NCBI GenBank assembly: GCA_902795215.1
Contig: CADBKG010000005.1
Location: 6,920 to 70,919 of the forward strand
Direction of reading: 5' to 3'
From: an uncultured Erysipelotrichaceae bacterium
GTDB lineage: Bacteria; Bacillota_I; Bacilli_A; RF39; UBA660
Length of the DNA: 64,000 bases
The position numbers and the translations under genes were made by a program. Position 1 is the first letter of the stretch, and every line of letters begins with the position of its first letter. This document shows, piece after piece, positions 18,878-28,573 of this stretch. Below the pieces are notes generated by a model, which worked only from the letters and a program-made list of their open reading frames with translations, did not search any database and had not been told where the DNA came from.

Positions 18878-20093
18878 TGGGATAAAGGTATATTTTTATA
18901 AAGACTCATCTTTAAAAAGAATATTTATGACATATAATATTAATTATGGCTCTCTTGGATATTTTAATAATATTAAATTAAATGGCAAAAAAATTACTCT
19001 TCCTTTTGGTATGGCACACTTTTTAGAACATACATTAATAGAACATTCATATAAAGGTAACATGTTACATAACTTTTTAAATAAGAATTATGATTTTAAT
19101 GGCATGACTAAAATGGAAACCACTACTTATATATTCATTGGTAAAAAAAGATATAAAGAGTCAATAAAAGAACTAATTACAATGGTTGATAATCCAGTAT
19201 TTACTAGTGATGATATAGAGCATGTTAAAAATGCAGTATGTGAAGAGTTAAAACAATCAAATGATAATAGATACTCTAAAGCTTTTAATCTAAATAAAAG
19301 AAATCTTTATTCAAGCTTCGAAGCAATAGATAAATCACTAAGTACAATTGGAACAGTAGAAGAAACTATGAAATTTAATTATGATATAGTTAAAACTGCT
19401 TATGATGCTTATTATAGAGATGATAATAAATTTATAGTTCTCGGGGGTAACTTTAATATCGATGAAATGACCAACTATTTAGAAGAAATATATAAAGGCA
19501 TTAAACCACATAAAGTAAAGTTTGAAATAATTGATGATAAAAAATTTGAATTAAGGAAAAAAGAAGATGTTTTATATGATAATATTAATACTGAATTTAA
19601 TATTATTACCTTTAAAGAAAGATATAATAAAGCGGATGTGCTTAAAACAGATATAATAATCCATCTATTTAATAATACTATACTTAATACGGATTATATA
19701 GATAAATTAAATGATGATAAAATAATATCTGGAGGGATTGGAAGATCAGCTGACTTCTTTAATGGGGTAGTAGAAATGTCATATTATGCAGATGTATATG
19801 ATTCAGAGAAATTTTATAATGAAATTATTAATAGATTAAGAAATGGTATAGATTATATAGATGAGAAAGATTTTAACTTGATTAAGAAACAAATGCTTGT
19901 TAACGAAATCAAAATGTATGACTATAAATATGAAAAGTTACACTCATATACCGATTCTCTAGCTTTTACAGAAGAAATTGATACTAGTGATGTAATAAGA
20001 AATATAACCATTGAAGATATAAAAGAAGAAATATCTAAAAGAAAGTTTGATATATATTCAAAAACAAATTTGAAAATAAAAAAAGAGAATTAG
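18837..20093 (+). CDS. M16-family zinc peptidase (HFLEH)
   Basis: GMAHFLEHTLIE (inverted zinc motif HxxEH); 418 aa; overlaps the upstream partner gene. Confidence 0.75.
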   Translation: MQGLNKIVKKTLSNGIKVYFYKDSSLKRIFMTYNINYGSLGYFNNIKLNGKKITLPFGMAHFLEHTLIEHSYKGNMLHNFLNKNYDFNGMTKMETTTYIFIGKKRYKESIKELITMVDNPVFTSDDIEHVKNAVCEELKQSNDNRYSKAFNLNKRNLYSSFEAIDKSLSTIGTVEETMKFNYDIVKTAYDAYYRDDNKFIVLGGNFNIDEMTNYLEEIYKGIKPHKVKFEIIDDKKFELRKKEDVLYDNINTEFNIITFKERYNKADVLKTDIIIHLFNNTILNTDYIDKLNDDKIISGGIGRSADFFNGVVEMSYYADVYDSEKFYNEIINRLRNGIDYIDEKDFNLIKKQMLVNEIKMYDYKYEKLHSYTDSLAFTEEIDTSDVIRNITIEDIKEEISKRKFDIYSKTNLKIKKEN

Positions 20094-21421
20094 ATTTTAA
20101 AAGTTTCTAATTCTTTTTTTTCTGTATCATATGTTTTTAATAAATCTTCATCTATTTCTATTATTCTAACTATCTCATCAAAACTTGTTTCGCCAGTTAG
20201 AACTTTTTTAAGAGCATCTTCAAGCATTGTTGAATTTTGAGTATGTTCATTAAACACTTTTTTCCTAAGCTCTTCTTTAGGTAATTCATTTATTAGTGCG
20301 TCTTTAGCGATTTGATCTAAGTATAAAACTTCATGAATTGGTAATCTACCACTATAACCACCATTACATTTATCACAACCAACACTTTCAAATATTTCAT
20401 TAATATCTAATTTAAGAACTCTTTTAAAAACTTCTTTTTCAAATGGGGTAGTATTTCTTTTTCTTTTACAATGATTACATAGTTTTCTTGATAGTCTTTG
20501 AGAAATAATTCCATTTATTGCAGAACTAAGTAAATATCTTTCAACACCCATATCTAAAAGCCTTTCGATGGTATTAAGTGAATCATTAGTATGAAGAGTA
20601 GATAATACAAGATGTCCTGTTATTGCAGAACGTATAGATATTTTAGCAGTTTCTGTATCTCTTATTTCACCAATCATTATTACATCAGGATCTTGTCTTA
20701 AAATACTTCTTAATGCATTTTGAAAAGTCATCCCGATATCGTGATTAACAGATACTTGGTTAATTCCATCTATATTCATTTCTATTGGATCTTCAACTGT
20801 TACAATATTTCTATTTTCGGTATTTAGCTTTTGTAGCATTGCATATACTGTTGTAGATTTACCAGAGCCTGTTGCACCTGTCACAAGAATAATACCATTT
20901 GGCATATTAAGCATTTTATTAACTAAATCAAGATTGTTTTTTGTAAAGCCAAGGGTTTCAATTCCACCTTTGCTCATTGAGTAATCAAGTATTCTTATAA
21001 CTAGTTTTTCTCCTAAATTAGTAGGTAAACATGATACTCTTAAGTCTACATCTAGGTCATTAGTTAAATTTTTAATTGCACCATCTTGAGGAAGTCTGGA
21101 TTCAGTAATGTTCATATTAGAAATTATTTTAATTCTAGTAATTAGATTTTTTTTCATTTCAAGAGGCACAGTTGCATAATCATGTAAGTCTCCATCTATT
21201 CTAATTCTAACTTTAATTCCTTCTTCAAAAGGATCAAAGTGTATATCAGAGGCACCTTTTTTGATAGCATCTAATATCATATTATTTACAATATCTACAA
21301 TAGGTGTACCTTCATAATCAAATTCTTTTAAGTAATCACTAGAACTAGGTGTATTAATAGGAGTAGGGTTTTGATTAGCACTTTTTTGGTTTAGTACTTC
21401 GTTAATACCAACATTTTCCAT
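20090..21421 (-). CDS. type II/IV secretion-family ATPase (GspE/PilB-like)
   Basis: Walker A GATGSGKST, EDPIE, GEIRD, LVLSTLHTN and tetracysteine CNHC...CDKC. Confidence 0.8.
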   Translation of the reverse strand: MENVGINEVLNQKSANQNPTPINTPSSSDYLKEFDYEGTPIVDIVNNMILDAIKKGASDIHFDPFEEGIKVRIRIDGDLHDYATVPLEMKKNLITRIKIISNMNITESRLPQDGAIKNLTNDLDVDLRVSCLPTNLGEKLVIRILDYSMSKGGIETLGFTKNNLDLVNKMLNMPNGIILVTGATGSGKSTTVYAMLQKLNTENRNIVTVEDPIEMNIDGINQVSVNHDIGMTFQNALRSILRQDPDVIMIGEIRDTETAKISIRSAITGHLVLSTLHTNDSLNTIERLLDMGVERYLLSSAINGIISQRLSRKLCNHCKRKRNTTPFEKEVFKRVLKLDINEIFESVGCDKCNGGYSGRLPIHEVLYLDQIAKDALINELPKEELRKKVFNEHTQNSTMLEDALKKVLTGETSFDEIVRIIEIDEDLLKTYDTEKKELETFKI

Positions 21422-21553
21422 TTAATCACACCTTTCATTCTTTTATCTTATATTTATTATATAATAATAAATAAAATGGTGCAAGGAAATTATTTAGATA
21501 TCTTTACTATTTTTTTTCACTGTGATAAAATTATCATTATGGAGGTAGTACAT

Positions 21554-22246
21554 ATGTATTTATATGTTTTACTAGCACTTGCAATTATTCCAGTAATTTT
21601 AATTGGGAAATATATTTATAATAAAGATCAAATAAAAGAACCACAAGGATTACTTGTTAAAGTGTTTGTATATGGATGTTTATCCGTTATTCCAGCGATT
21701 ATGCTTGAAAGTATGTTTGAAGTAATATTTTCAGGATTAAATCTACCTAAAAGACTAAATGAGTTTGTTAGTGTATTTATTGGAGTTGCGCTTGTAGAAG
21801 AGTTTTGTAAATATATTGCTATGAAAGGCGCCATATACAAAAAAGGTGACTTTGATGAAATGTATGATGGAATAATTTATGCAGTTTTTGCTGCACTTGG
21901 TTTTGCTTGTATAGAGAATATTGCATATGTATTTTCTTATGGAATTGGCACAGGAATATCAAGAGCACTTCTAGCAGTGCCAAGTCATGTCTGCGATGGT
22001 GTAATTATGGGATATTTTGTATCATGCGCGAAAAGAGTAAAAAAGACTAGCAGAATAAAAGAGTTATATTATCTTTTTATGGCAATTGCAGTATCAACTA
22101 TTACTCACGGATTTTATGATTTTTGTTTAACAATTGGGGAATTAGATTATCTCTTGGCGTTTGTAGTGTTTGTTATATCAATATATATATCAATGGTTAG
22201 AGTTGTAAAAGATGTTTCTAAAAAGGGAGAAAAAATAGAAAAATAG
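21554..22246 (+). CDS. prsW: PrsW-family intramembrane glutamic protease
   Basis: GGAGG RBS then ATG 21554; multi-TM; motifs LVEEFCKY and THGFYDF. Confidence 0.75.
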   Translation: MYLYVLLALAIIPVILIGKYIYNKDQIKEPQGLLVKVFVYGCLSVIPAIMLESMFEVIFSGLNLPKRLNEFVSVFIGVALVEEFCKYIAMKGAIYKKGDFDEMYDGIIYAVFAALGFACIENIAYVFSYGIGTGISRALLAVPSHVCDGVIMGYFVSCAKRVKKTSRIKELYYLFMAIAVSTITHGFYDFCLTIGELDYLLAFVVFVISIYISMVRVVKDVSKKGEKIEK

Positions 22247-22252
22247 AGGCTA

Positions 22253-22513
22253 TTATTTAGCCTCTATTATTAGTTTAATAGCAGTTTTTTCTTCACCCTC
22301 TATTGTAATATCTTGAAATGCAGGAATGCATACTAGATTTTTACCACTTGGTGCGACAAAACCTCTGGCAATAGCGACTGCTTTAATCGCTTGATTTAAA
22401 GAGCCTGCACCTATAGTTTGAAGTTCTACCTCTCCATTAGTTCTAAATACATTTGCAATAGCACCAGCCACTTTTGATGGAGTGCTTTTTGATGATACTT
22501 TTAATATTTCCAT
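22253..22513 (-). CDS. spoVS: stage V sporulation protein S
   Basis: 86 aa, MEILKVSSKSTPSKVAGAIA...AVAIARGFVAPSGKNLVCIPAF...TAIKLII; near-collinear with B. subtilis SpoVS. Confidence 0.9.
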   Translation of the reverse strand: MEILKVSSKSTPSKVAGAIANVFRTNGEVELQTIGAGSLNQAIKAVAIARGFVAPSGKNLVCIPAFQDITIEGEEKTAIKLIIEAK

Positions 22514-22597
22514 AATAATTTCCTTTCTAAAAAAATATATGCAACCTTCTTATAGAATAGTCTTAAAAAATGTTGTATAATACAGTTGGTGATTTAG

Positions 22598-23899
22598 ATG
22601 AACGAAACTCTAAATGAAGAATTTATTATAAACTTAAGTAAGTCAAAAAAAGAACCAAAATGGATGCTTGATTTTAGATTAAAATCCTATGAAGCTTTTA
22701 AAAAATTAGACAATCCATCATTTGGACCTAAAATAGAAATAGATTTTGATTCAATTAATTATTATCGAAAAAGAGGAGAGATGACTTCTAATTGGGATAA
22801 AGTTAATTGCAAAATTAGAGATAGGTTTAAAGACTTAGGTGTAATTGATGCAGAAGAAAAATATTTGGGAGGAGTATCTAATCAATACGAAAGTGAAGTA
22901 ATATATCATAACTCATTAACAGATATTAAAGATCAAGGTGTAATCTTTCTATCGACCGATGATGCCTTAAAAAAGTATCCTGAACTATTTAAAAAATACT
23001 TTAATAACTTAGTTAAATATAATGAAAATAAATATACGGCATTAAATGGTGCTTTATGGAGTGGAGGATCTTTTATTTATATTCCACCTAAAGTAAAACT
23101 TGATAGACCGCTTCAAAGTTATTTTAGAATTGATACAAAAGCACTTGGTCAGTTTGAAAGAACCATAATTATAGTTGATGATGAAGCAAGCTTATCTTAT
23201 ATAGAAGGATGTACCGCTCTTTCATATTCTGTTAATTCACTTCATGCAGGTGTAGTAGAAATATATGTTGGTAAAAATGCCCATATGCAGTACTCAACTA
23301 TCCAAAATTGGAGTAAAGACGTTTATAATTTAGTAACTAAAAGATGTATTGTTGAAGAAGGCGGATATATGTCTTGGGTAGATGGTAATGTAGGCTCTGG
23401 AGTTACTATGAAATATCCATCATGTATACTAAAGGGTGATAATTCAAGTGGATCCAGTATAAGCATTGCATATGCAAAAGAAGGACAAAACCTAGATGCA
23501 GGCGCCAAAATGATTCATTTAGGTAAAAATACTAAAAGTAATATAATCTCAAAATCAATCGCTTCAGATGGTGGTATTGCAAACTATAGGGGAGAAGTGA
23601 AAATTACAAAAGATGCTATAAACTCAAAAGCCTTTGTTAAATGCGATACAATACTTCTTGATGAAATAAGCAAAAGCGATACGTATCCAAAAAACATTAT
23701 TAATAATAATTCTAGCACAATTGAACATGAAGCAAGTGTTTCTAAACTTAGTGAAGATAAAATATTATATTTAGAAAGTAAAGGAATAAGTGAAAATGCT
23801 GCTAAAGAACTGCTTATTTCAGGATTTATAGATGATTTTAAAAAAGAATTACCTATGGAATATGCAGTAGAACTTAATAGATTATTAAAAGAAATATAA
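22598..23899 (+). CDS. sufB: Fe-S cluster assembly protein SufB
   Basis: EPKWMLDFRLKSYEAF N-terminus; beta-helix core KYPSCILKGDNSSGSSISIAYAKEGQNLDAGAKMIHLGKNTKSNIISKSI...NYRG. Confidence 0.8.
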   Translation: MNETLNEEFIINLSKSKKEPKWMLDFRLKSYEAFKKLDNPSFGPKIEIDFDSINYYRKRGEMTSNWDKVNCKIRDRFKDLGVIDAEEKYLGGVSNQYESEVIYHNSLTDIKDQGVIFLSTDDALKKYPELFKKYFNNLVKYNENKYTALNGALWSGGSFIYIPPKVKLDRPLQSYFRIDTKALGQFERTIIIVDDEASLSYIEGCTALSYSVNSLHAGVVEIYVGKNAHMQYSTIQNWSKDVYNLVTKRCIVEEGGYMSWVDGNVGSGVTMKYPSCILKGDNSSGSSISIAYAKEGQNLDAGAKMIHLGKNTKSNIISKSIASDGGIANYRGEVKITKDAINSKAFVKCDTILLDEISKSDTYPKNIINNNSSTIEHEASVSKLSEDKILYLESKGISENAAKELLISGFIDDFKKELPMEYAVELNRLLKEI

Positions 23900-23948
23900 T
23901 AACTTTTAAAAAGCGTTACATAATAATCATAGAAAATGAGTGATTATT

Positions 23949-25196
23949 ATGAAAGAACAAACTTTTAAAAACGATACTTATAACTTATATACAATAAAGA
24001 CTGGTAAATTTAAAACCGGTCTTTTAGAAGTGGAGTTTTATATTCCTTATACAGAGGTAAGAGAAAGTTATATATCTCTTCTAATAAATATGCTTACAAG
24101 TGAAAATAAAATATATAAAACTTCAAAAGAACTAAATAAAAAACTTAAAAACTTATATAATGCAAATATTTATGGAGAAACAAATAGAGTAGGAGAAACT
24201 TTAATAACTAGTATTGGTATTGAATTTATAGATTTAAAATATACAGACATTAAAATAGAAGACATTATAAAATTTTTAATGGACTCTATTTTTAAACCTA
24301 ATATAAAAAACGATGAATTCAATGAAGAAAGTTTACTTAATAATAAAAATAAACTAAAACAAGATATTAATGACTTAATAGAATCTCCAAAAGAAGAAAG
24401 TATATACAGGGCATTAAATATTCTAGATAAAGATAAACCTTTTTCTAAAATTGCAAGTGGAAATATAAATATATTAGATAGCATTACACCCAAAAAGTTG
24501 TATGAGTTTTATAACTGGTTTATACAACATAGCAAAAAGGATATTTATATAATTGGAGATTTTGATATGGAAAAAATAAATACCATAATATCAAGACAAG
24601 TAAAATTTAATTCTATTTCTACAACCGATTATAAGTTTTATTTAGATTATATTCCATTTAAAAAAGTAATTAAAACTCATATACCAAAAGAAAATGTTGA
24701 AACAAATTTAGTTTTAATATATACATTTAAATTTTTAAGTGATTATGAAGAAGAATATGTATTTCCGTTGTTTAATCTAATTTTTGGTTCAGGTTCCTTA
24801 AATTCAAAACTATATAATACGCTTAGAACTGAAAATAATCTTTGTTATAACGTTAGTTCAATATATCAAAGATATGATAGATTATTAATAGTACATACAC
24901 AAATAGATAAAAACTCTAAAGATTTAACTATTAAACTATGTAAAAAAGTATTACTTGAAATGCAAAAAATAAGCGATAAAGAACTAGAAGATGCCAAAAA
25001 AATGATAATTATGAGTTTAAATCTAACACTTGATAATGAAGAAAGATTAATAGATAATTATTGTTTTAAAAATATGGGTTTGCTTGATAATTTAGAAAAA
25101 AGAATAGAAATATTTAAAAAGGTAGATACTAAAGATATTGTCGCACTTGCCAAAAAAATAAAACTTATATCTATAACAAGCTTGGGGGATAAATAA
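23949..25196 (+). CDS. M16-family peptidase-like protein lacking HxxEH (non-catalytic partner)
   Basis: ~415 aa insulinase-like, no HxxEH; stop overlaps the start of the HxxEH partner (TAATG). Confidence 0.6.
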   Translation: MKEQTFKNDTYNLYTIKTGKFKTGLLEVEFYIPYTEVRESYISLLINMLTSENKIYKTSKELNKKLKNLYNANIYGETNRVGETLITSIGIEFIDLKYTDIKIEDIIKFLMDSIFKPNIKNDEFNEESLLNNKNKLKQDINDLIESPKEESIYRALNILDKDKPFSKIASGNINILDSITPKKLYEFYNWFIQHSKKDIYIIGDFDMEKINTIISRQVKFNSISTTDYKFYLDYIPFKKVIKTHIPKENVETNLVLIYTFKFLSDYEEEYVFPLFNLIFGSGSLNSKLYNTLRTENNLCYNVSSIYQRYDRLLIVHTQIDKNSKDLTIKLCKKVLLEMQKISDKELEDAKKMIIMSLNLTLDNEERLIDNYCFKNMGLLDNLEKRIEIFKKVDTKDIVALAKKIKLISITSLGDK

Positions 25197-26452
25197 TGAA
25201 AGCTATTAAATATAATAAAATACCTGAAAAAGTATACTATGAAAAATTAAAAAGTGGTCTTGAAGTTTATATGTACCCAAATAAAAAGGTTAGAAACTTT
25301 TATATAACCTATAATATTAAAGCTGGAAGTACTATATTAGATTATCAAATAGATAAAAAAAAATATAAATTAAAGCCAGGTACAATGCACTTTTTAGAAC
25401 ATAAAATGTTCGAGGAAGAAAAAGGCACAGCTTTTGATTATTTTGCAAAACTTGGATCAAGTGTAAATGCTTATACAACAAGTGATAATACTACTTATGA
25501 AGTAATATCAAATAATCATTTTAAAGAAAACTTAGAAATACTATATAATTTTATTTCTAATCCTGTTTTTAAAGAAACATCTGTAAACAAAGAAAAAGAT
25601 ATTATTAAAGAAGAAATAGAAATGTATGAAAATGATATCGACTCAAAAATAATATTTGAAACAGAAAAAATGCTAAATATTAACGATAACCATAAACATA
25701 AAGTAAGTGGAGAAACAGAAGATATAAAAAAAATTACCAAAGATGATTTATATAACGCTTATGATGCTTTTTACAACAAAGAAAATTCATTTATAGTTAT
25801 AACGGGTAACTTTAATTATTTAGAAGCTATAGGAATACTAAAAGAATTAGAAAGAGATTATAAAGTTAAACCATATACAAAACCAATAACAAAGAAAGAA
25901 AAAGAACCGATAAAAGTTAAAGAAGAAAGAAAAGTACTAACTAAAAATATAAGCACACCTAAGATAATGCTTACATATAAACTTGATAAAAACAAATTCA
26001 AGGCAGATAACAACTTAAATATATATTTAGATGCAATATTAGATATTAATTTTAGTGATACAAGTGATTTTTTAGAACTTATAACAAATGAAAACTTGAT
26101 AGTAGGTGATTTAAATTATAATACAGAAATTAGGGATAACTATATCTATATATCTTTTACTTTTGATACCTTTTATGAAAATGAAGTAATAGAATTAATA
26201 GAAAACAAACTTAATAATATAGTAATTAAAAAAGAAGATTTAAATATGATTAAAAGAGGATATAAAGCAGATTTTATTAGAAGTTTTGATGATATAATTG
26301 CGATAAACGAAAACATTGCAAATGATATTTATGCAAGTGGAGAGATAAAAAGTAATATTTATGATATATACGATAAATTAACTATAAATAAAATAAATGA
26401 AATAACCAAAAAGATTAATACTAAAGTTAAAACTATTTGCGTCATAAACTAA
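25196..26452 (+). CDS. M16-family zinc peptidase (HFLEH)
   Basis: GTMHFLEHKMFEE; 418 aa; translationally coupled to the upstream partner. Confidence 0.75.
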   Translation: MKAIKYNKIPEKVYYEKLKSGLEVYMYPNKKVRNFYITYNIKAGSTILDYQIDKKKYKLKPGTMHFLEHKMFEEEKGTAFDYFAKLGSSVNAYTTSDNTTYEVISNNHFKENLEILYNFISNPVFKETSVNKEKDIIKEEIEMYENDIDSKIIFETEKMLNINDNHKHKVSGETEDIKKITKDDLYNAYDAFYNKENSFIVITGNFNYLEAIGILKELERDYKVKPYTKPITKKEKEPIKVKEERKVLTKNISTPKIMLTYKLDKNKFKADNNLNIYLDAILDINFSDTSDFLELITNENLIVGDLNYNTEIRDNYIYISFTFDTFYENEVIELIENKLNNIVIKKEDLNMIKRGYKADFIRSFDDIIAINENIANDIYASGEIKSNIYDIYDKLTINKINEITKKINTKVKTICVIN

Positions 26453-26487
26453 TTATGTTATAATAACCCTTACTAGGGGGTTTTTTT

Positions 26488-27543
26488 ATGAATAAAAAAT
26501 ACTACATAAAAAAACTAATATTATTATACATAAAATATCTTTTAACTTTTGATAAAGATGAAAAGTATCTTTATTTAGATAATATTGATAACTTAATAGA
26601 TTTTGTTAAACAAAGTGAATTTAATGATATCTATATTCCGAAGTTTTTTGATTATTTAGGTGATTATAATAATAAAACATGCAATAGAGTTACAAAGTAC
26701 TCATGTGATGCTTTTAAATCCATATTAGATGTTAAAACATTGTATGAAGATTACTTTAAATTAAATGATGATATAAATATAATTTTAAATGATCCAGATA
26801 TTTATAAAGAAGAATATAAAGAAGAAATCGATTTAGAAAGCACTAGAGAATTAGTTAATGATTTCTTCATGCATTATGATACCGATGTTTATCTTTATTA
26901 TAATTATCTAAAAAACAATAATTTAATACGTAAACCTAATAGCAAGACAAGTAGTGTTGATGGATTAACAATGTTTGTAACTAAAAATAAAATTAATCCA
27001 TTCTTTATAGAAGAATATGAATGTCTTTTTGATGCTATACTAATAGTTCATGAAACAATGCACTCTTACGTGCTTAATAAAATTCTTAATAATATTAGTT
27101 ATGAAGAATTTTCTAGATATTTAATAAATAATATAGATGAAGTTGGACCACTTTTTATAGAAATGGTATTTTTAAATTATATAAATAAAAAGGGGCTTTA
27201 TAAAGAAGAAATAAGAATTGCAAAATATGAAAGTATCGAAAATTATTTAAAATACTTTTTAAATATTGAAGATTCGTTAAATAGATTAATATATGGTCCA
27301 TATTATGAAGAAAAAAGTGATGATGAAGAAGTAGTAACGTTTGATTATTCTGAAAAATATGGGCTTGGTTATTTATATGCCTTTATATTTTATCAAAGGT
27401 ATTTAGAAAATGGTGATAAAAATAAGTTATATTCATTTTATGAAGATGCAAAAACACTATCTAAAAAAGAACTTATAGAAAAATATAATCTAACTTATGA
27501 ATATATTAAAAACACAGACCAAATTAAGGAATACATAAGGTGA
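26488..27543 (+). CDS. HExxH metallopeptidase-like protein, M3-like, tandem paralogue 1
   Basis: IVHETMHSY, with a Glu ~26 residues after the second His (DEVGPLFIEM); AGGGGG RBS. Confidence 0.55.
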   Translation: MNKKYYIKKLILLYIKYLLTFDKDEKYLYLDNIDNLIDFVKQSEFNDIYIPKFFDYLGDYNNKTCNRVTKYSCDAFKSILDVKTLYEDYFKLNDDINIILNDPDIYKEEYKEEIDLESTRELVNDFFMHYDTDVYLYYNYLKNNNLIRKPNSKTSSVDGLTMFVTKNKINPFFIEEYECLFDAILIVHETMHSYVLNKILNNISYEEFSRYLINNIDEVGPLFIEMVFLNYINKKGLYKEEIRIAKYESIENYLKYFLNIEDSLNRLIYGPYYEEKSDDEEVVTFDYSEKYGLGYLYAFIFYQRYLENGDKNKLYSFYEDAKTLSKKELIEKYNLTYEYIKNTDQIKEYIR

Positions 27544-27547
27544 TATT

Positions 27548-28573
27548 ATGCAAAATATTGAGCACAAAATAGAATATATGTTTGATAAATTATTACATTC
27601 ATATAAAAATGAAACACTAGAAAACAAGAAATTAATAATAAGAGACTTTATGGTTTTATTTGAATTACTAGATGACCAAAAATTTATACTTTATTACGAT
27701 GAAGAATGTATGAGATTATATAACGAAAATCAAGATATAATTGAAGATGATTATATCGATTATTACTCTATATTTAGGGATATATATAATAATTCAAGGC
27801 ATATTACCCAAAAGCTTATAGAGCCAAATTACAATACGGAAAATAATAAGCTAATAAAAAACTTAACTAAATATAATATAGAAGACACTATTAGATTAGT
27901 GAAGGACTTTTTTAGAACTTATAATATGGATTTATATAATCATTTTTTATATCTTTTAAAAAATAATTGCTTTGGAAGAATACTCAATGATAAGATATAT
28001 TTAGGAACAACTTATAACTTTTATTATCTTGGTGAAGATATTATATTAGTAGATAATTTTAAAACTATATATACTGCCTTTATATTAGTGCATGAAGTAA
28101 TGCATTCATTTGTAATGCTTAACGCTCCAAATAAAAGCATTAAAGCAGATATATTATTAAACATTAATAGTTTACAAGAAGTTCCATCATATTATATAGA
28201 ACTAGTATTTATTAATTATTTAAAAGAAATTGGCATAGAAAAAAATGATATAGACTATTTAGAAAAAAGAAGGATGATTTTATTTAAAGAAACTCTTGAA
28301 GACTTTAAAGAACGTGTTACAAATCCCGAGATTAGTAATCTTATAATAAATGATGATAATTTCCTGACTATTTTACAAAGAGATGAAGCAATTGTATATG
28401 GCTATGCACTTGGATGTACATACTTTTCAAAATATTTAGAAGGAAAAGCAAGCCTTGAACCAATAGAGTTAACAATAGATAGCGCTTCTAATAAAAGATA
28501 CTTAATACTTGATAAACATGGCATAACAGATGAAGATCTAACTAAAGAAAACCTAGAAAGGCGATTAAGATGA
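27548..28573 (+). CDS. HExxH metallopeptidase-like protein, M3-like, tandem paralogue 2
   Basis: LVHEVMHSF ... LQEVPSYYIELV; similar length and shared blocks with its neighbours. Confidence 0.55.
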   Translation: MQNIEHKIEYMFDKLLHSYKNETLENKKLIIRDFMVLFELLDDQKFILYYDEECMRLYNENQDIIEDDYIDYYSIFRDIYNNSRHITQKLIEPNYNTENNKLIKNLTKYNIEDTIRLVKDFFRTYNMDLYNHFLYLLKNNCFGRILNDKIYLGTTYNFYYLGEDIILVDNFKTIYTAFILVHEVMHSFVMLNAPNKSIKADILLNINSLQEVPSYYIELVFINYLKEIGIEKNDIDYLEKRRMILFKETLEDFKERVTNPEISNLIINDDNFLTILQRDEAIVYGYALGCTYFSKYLEGKASLEPIELTIDSASNKRYLILDKHGITDEDLTKENLERRLR

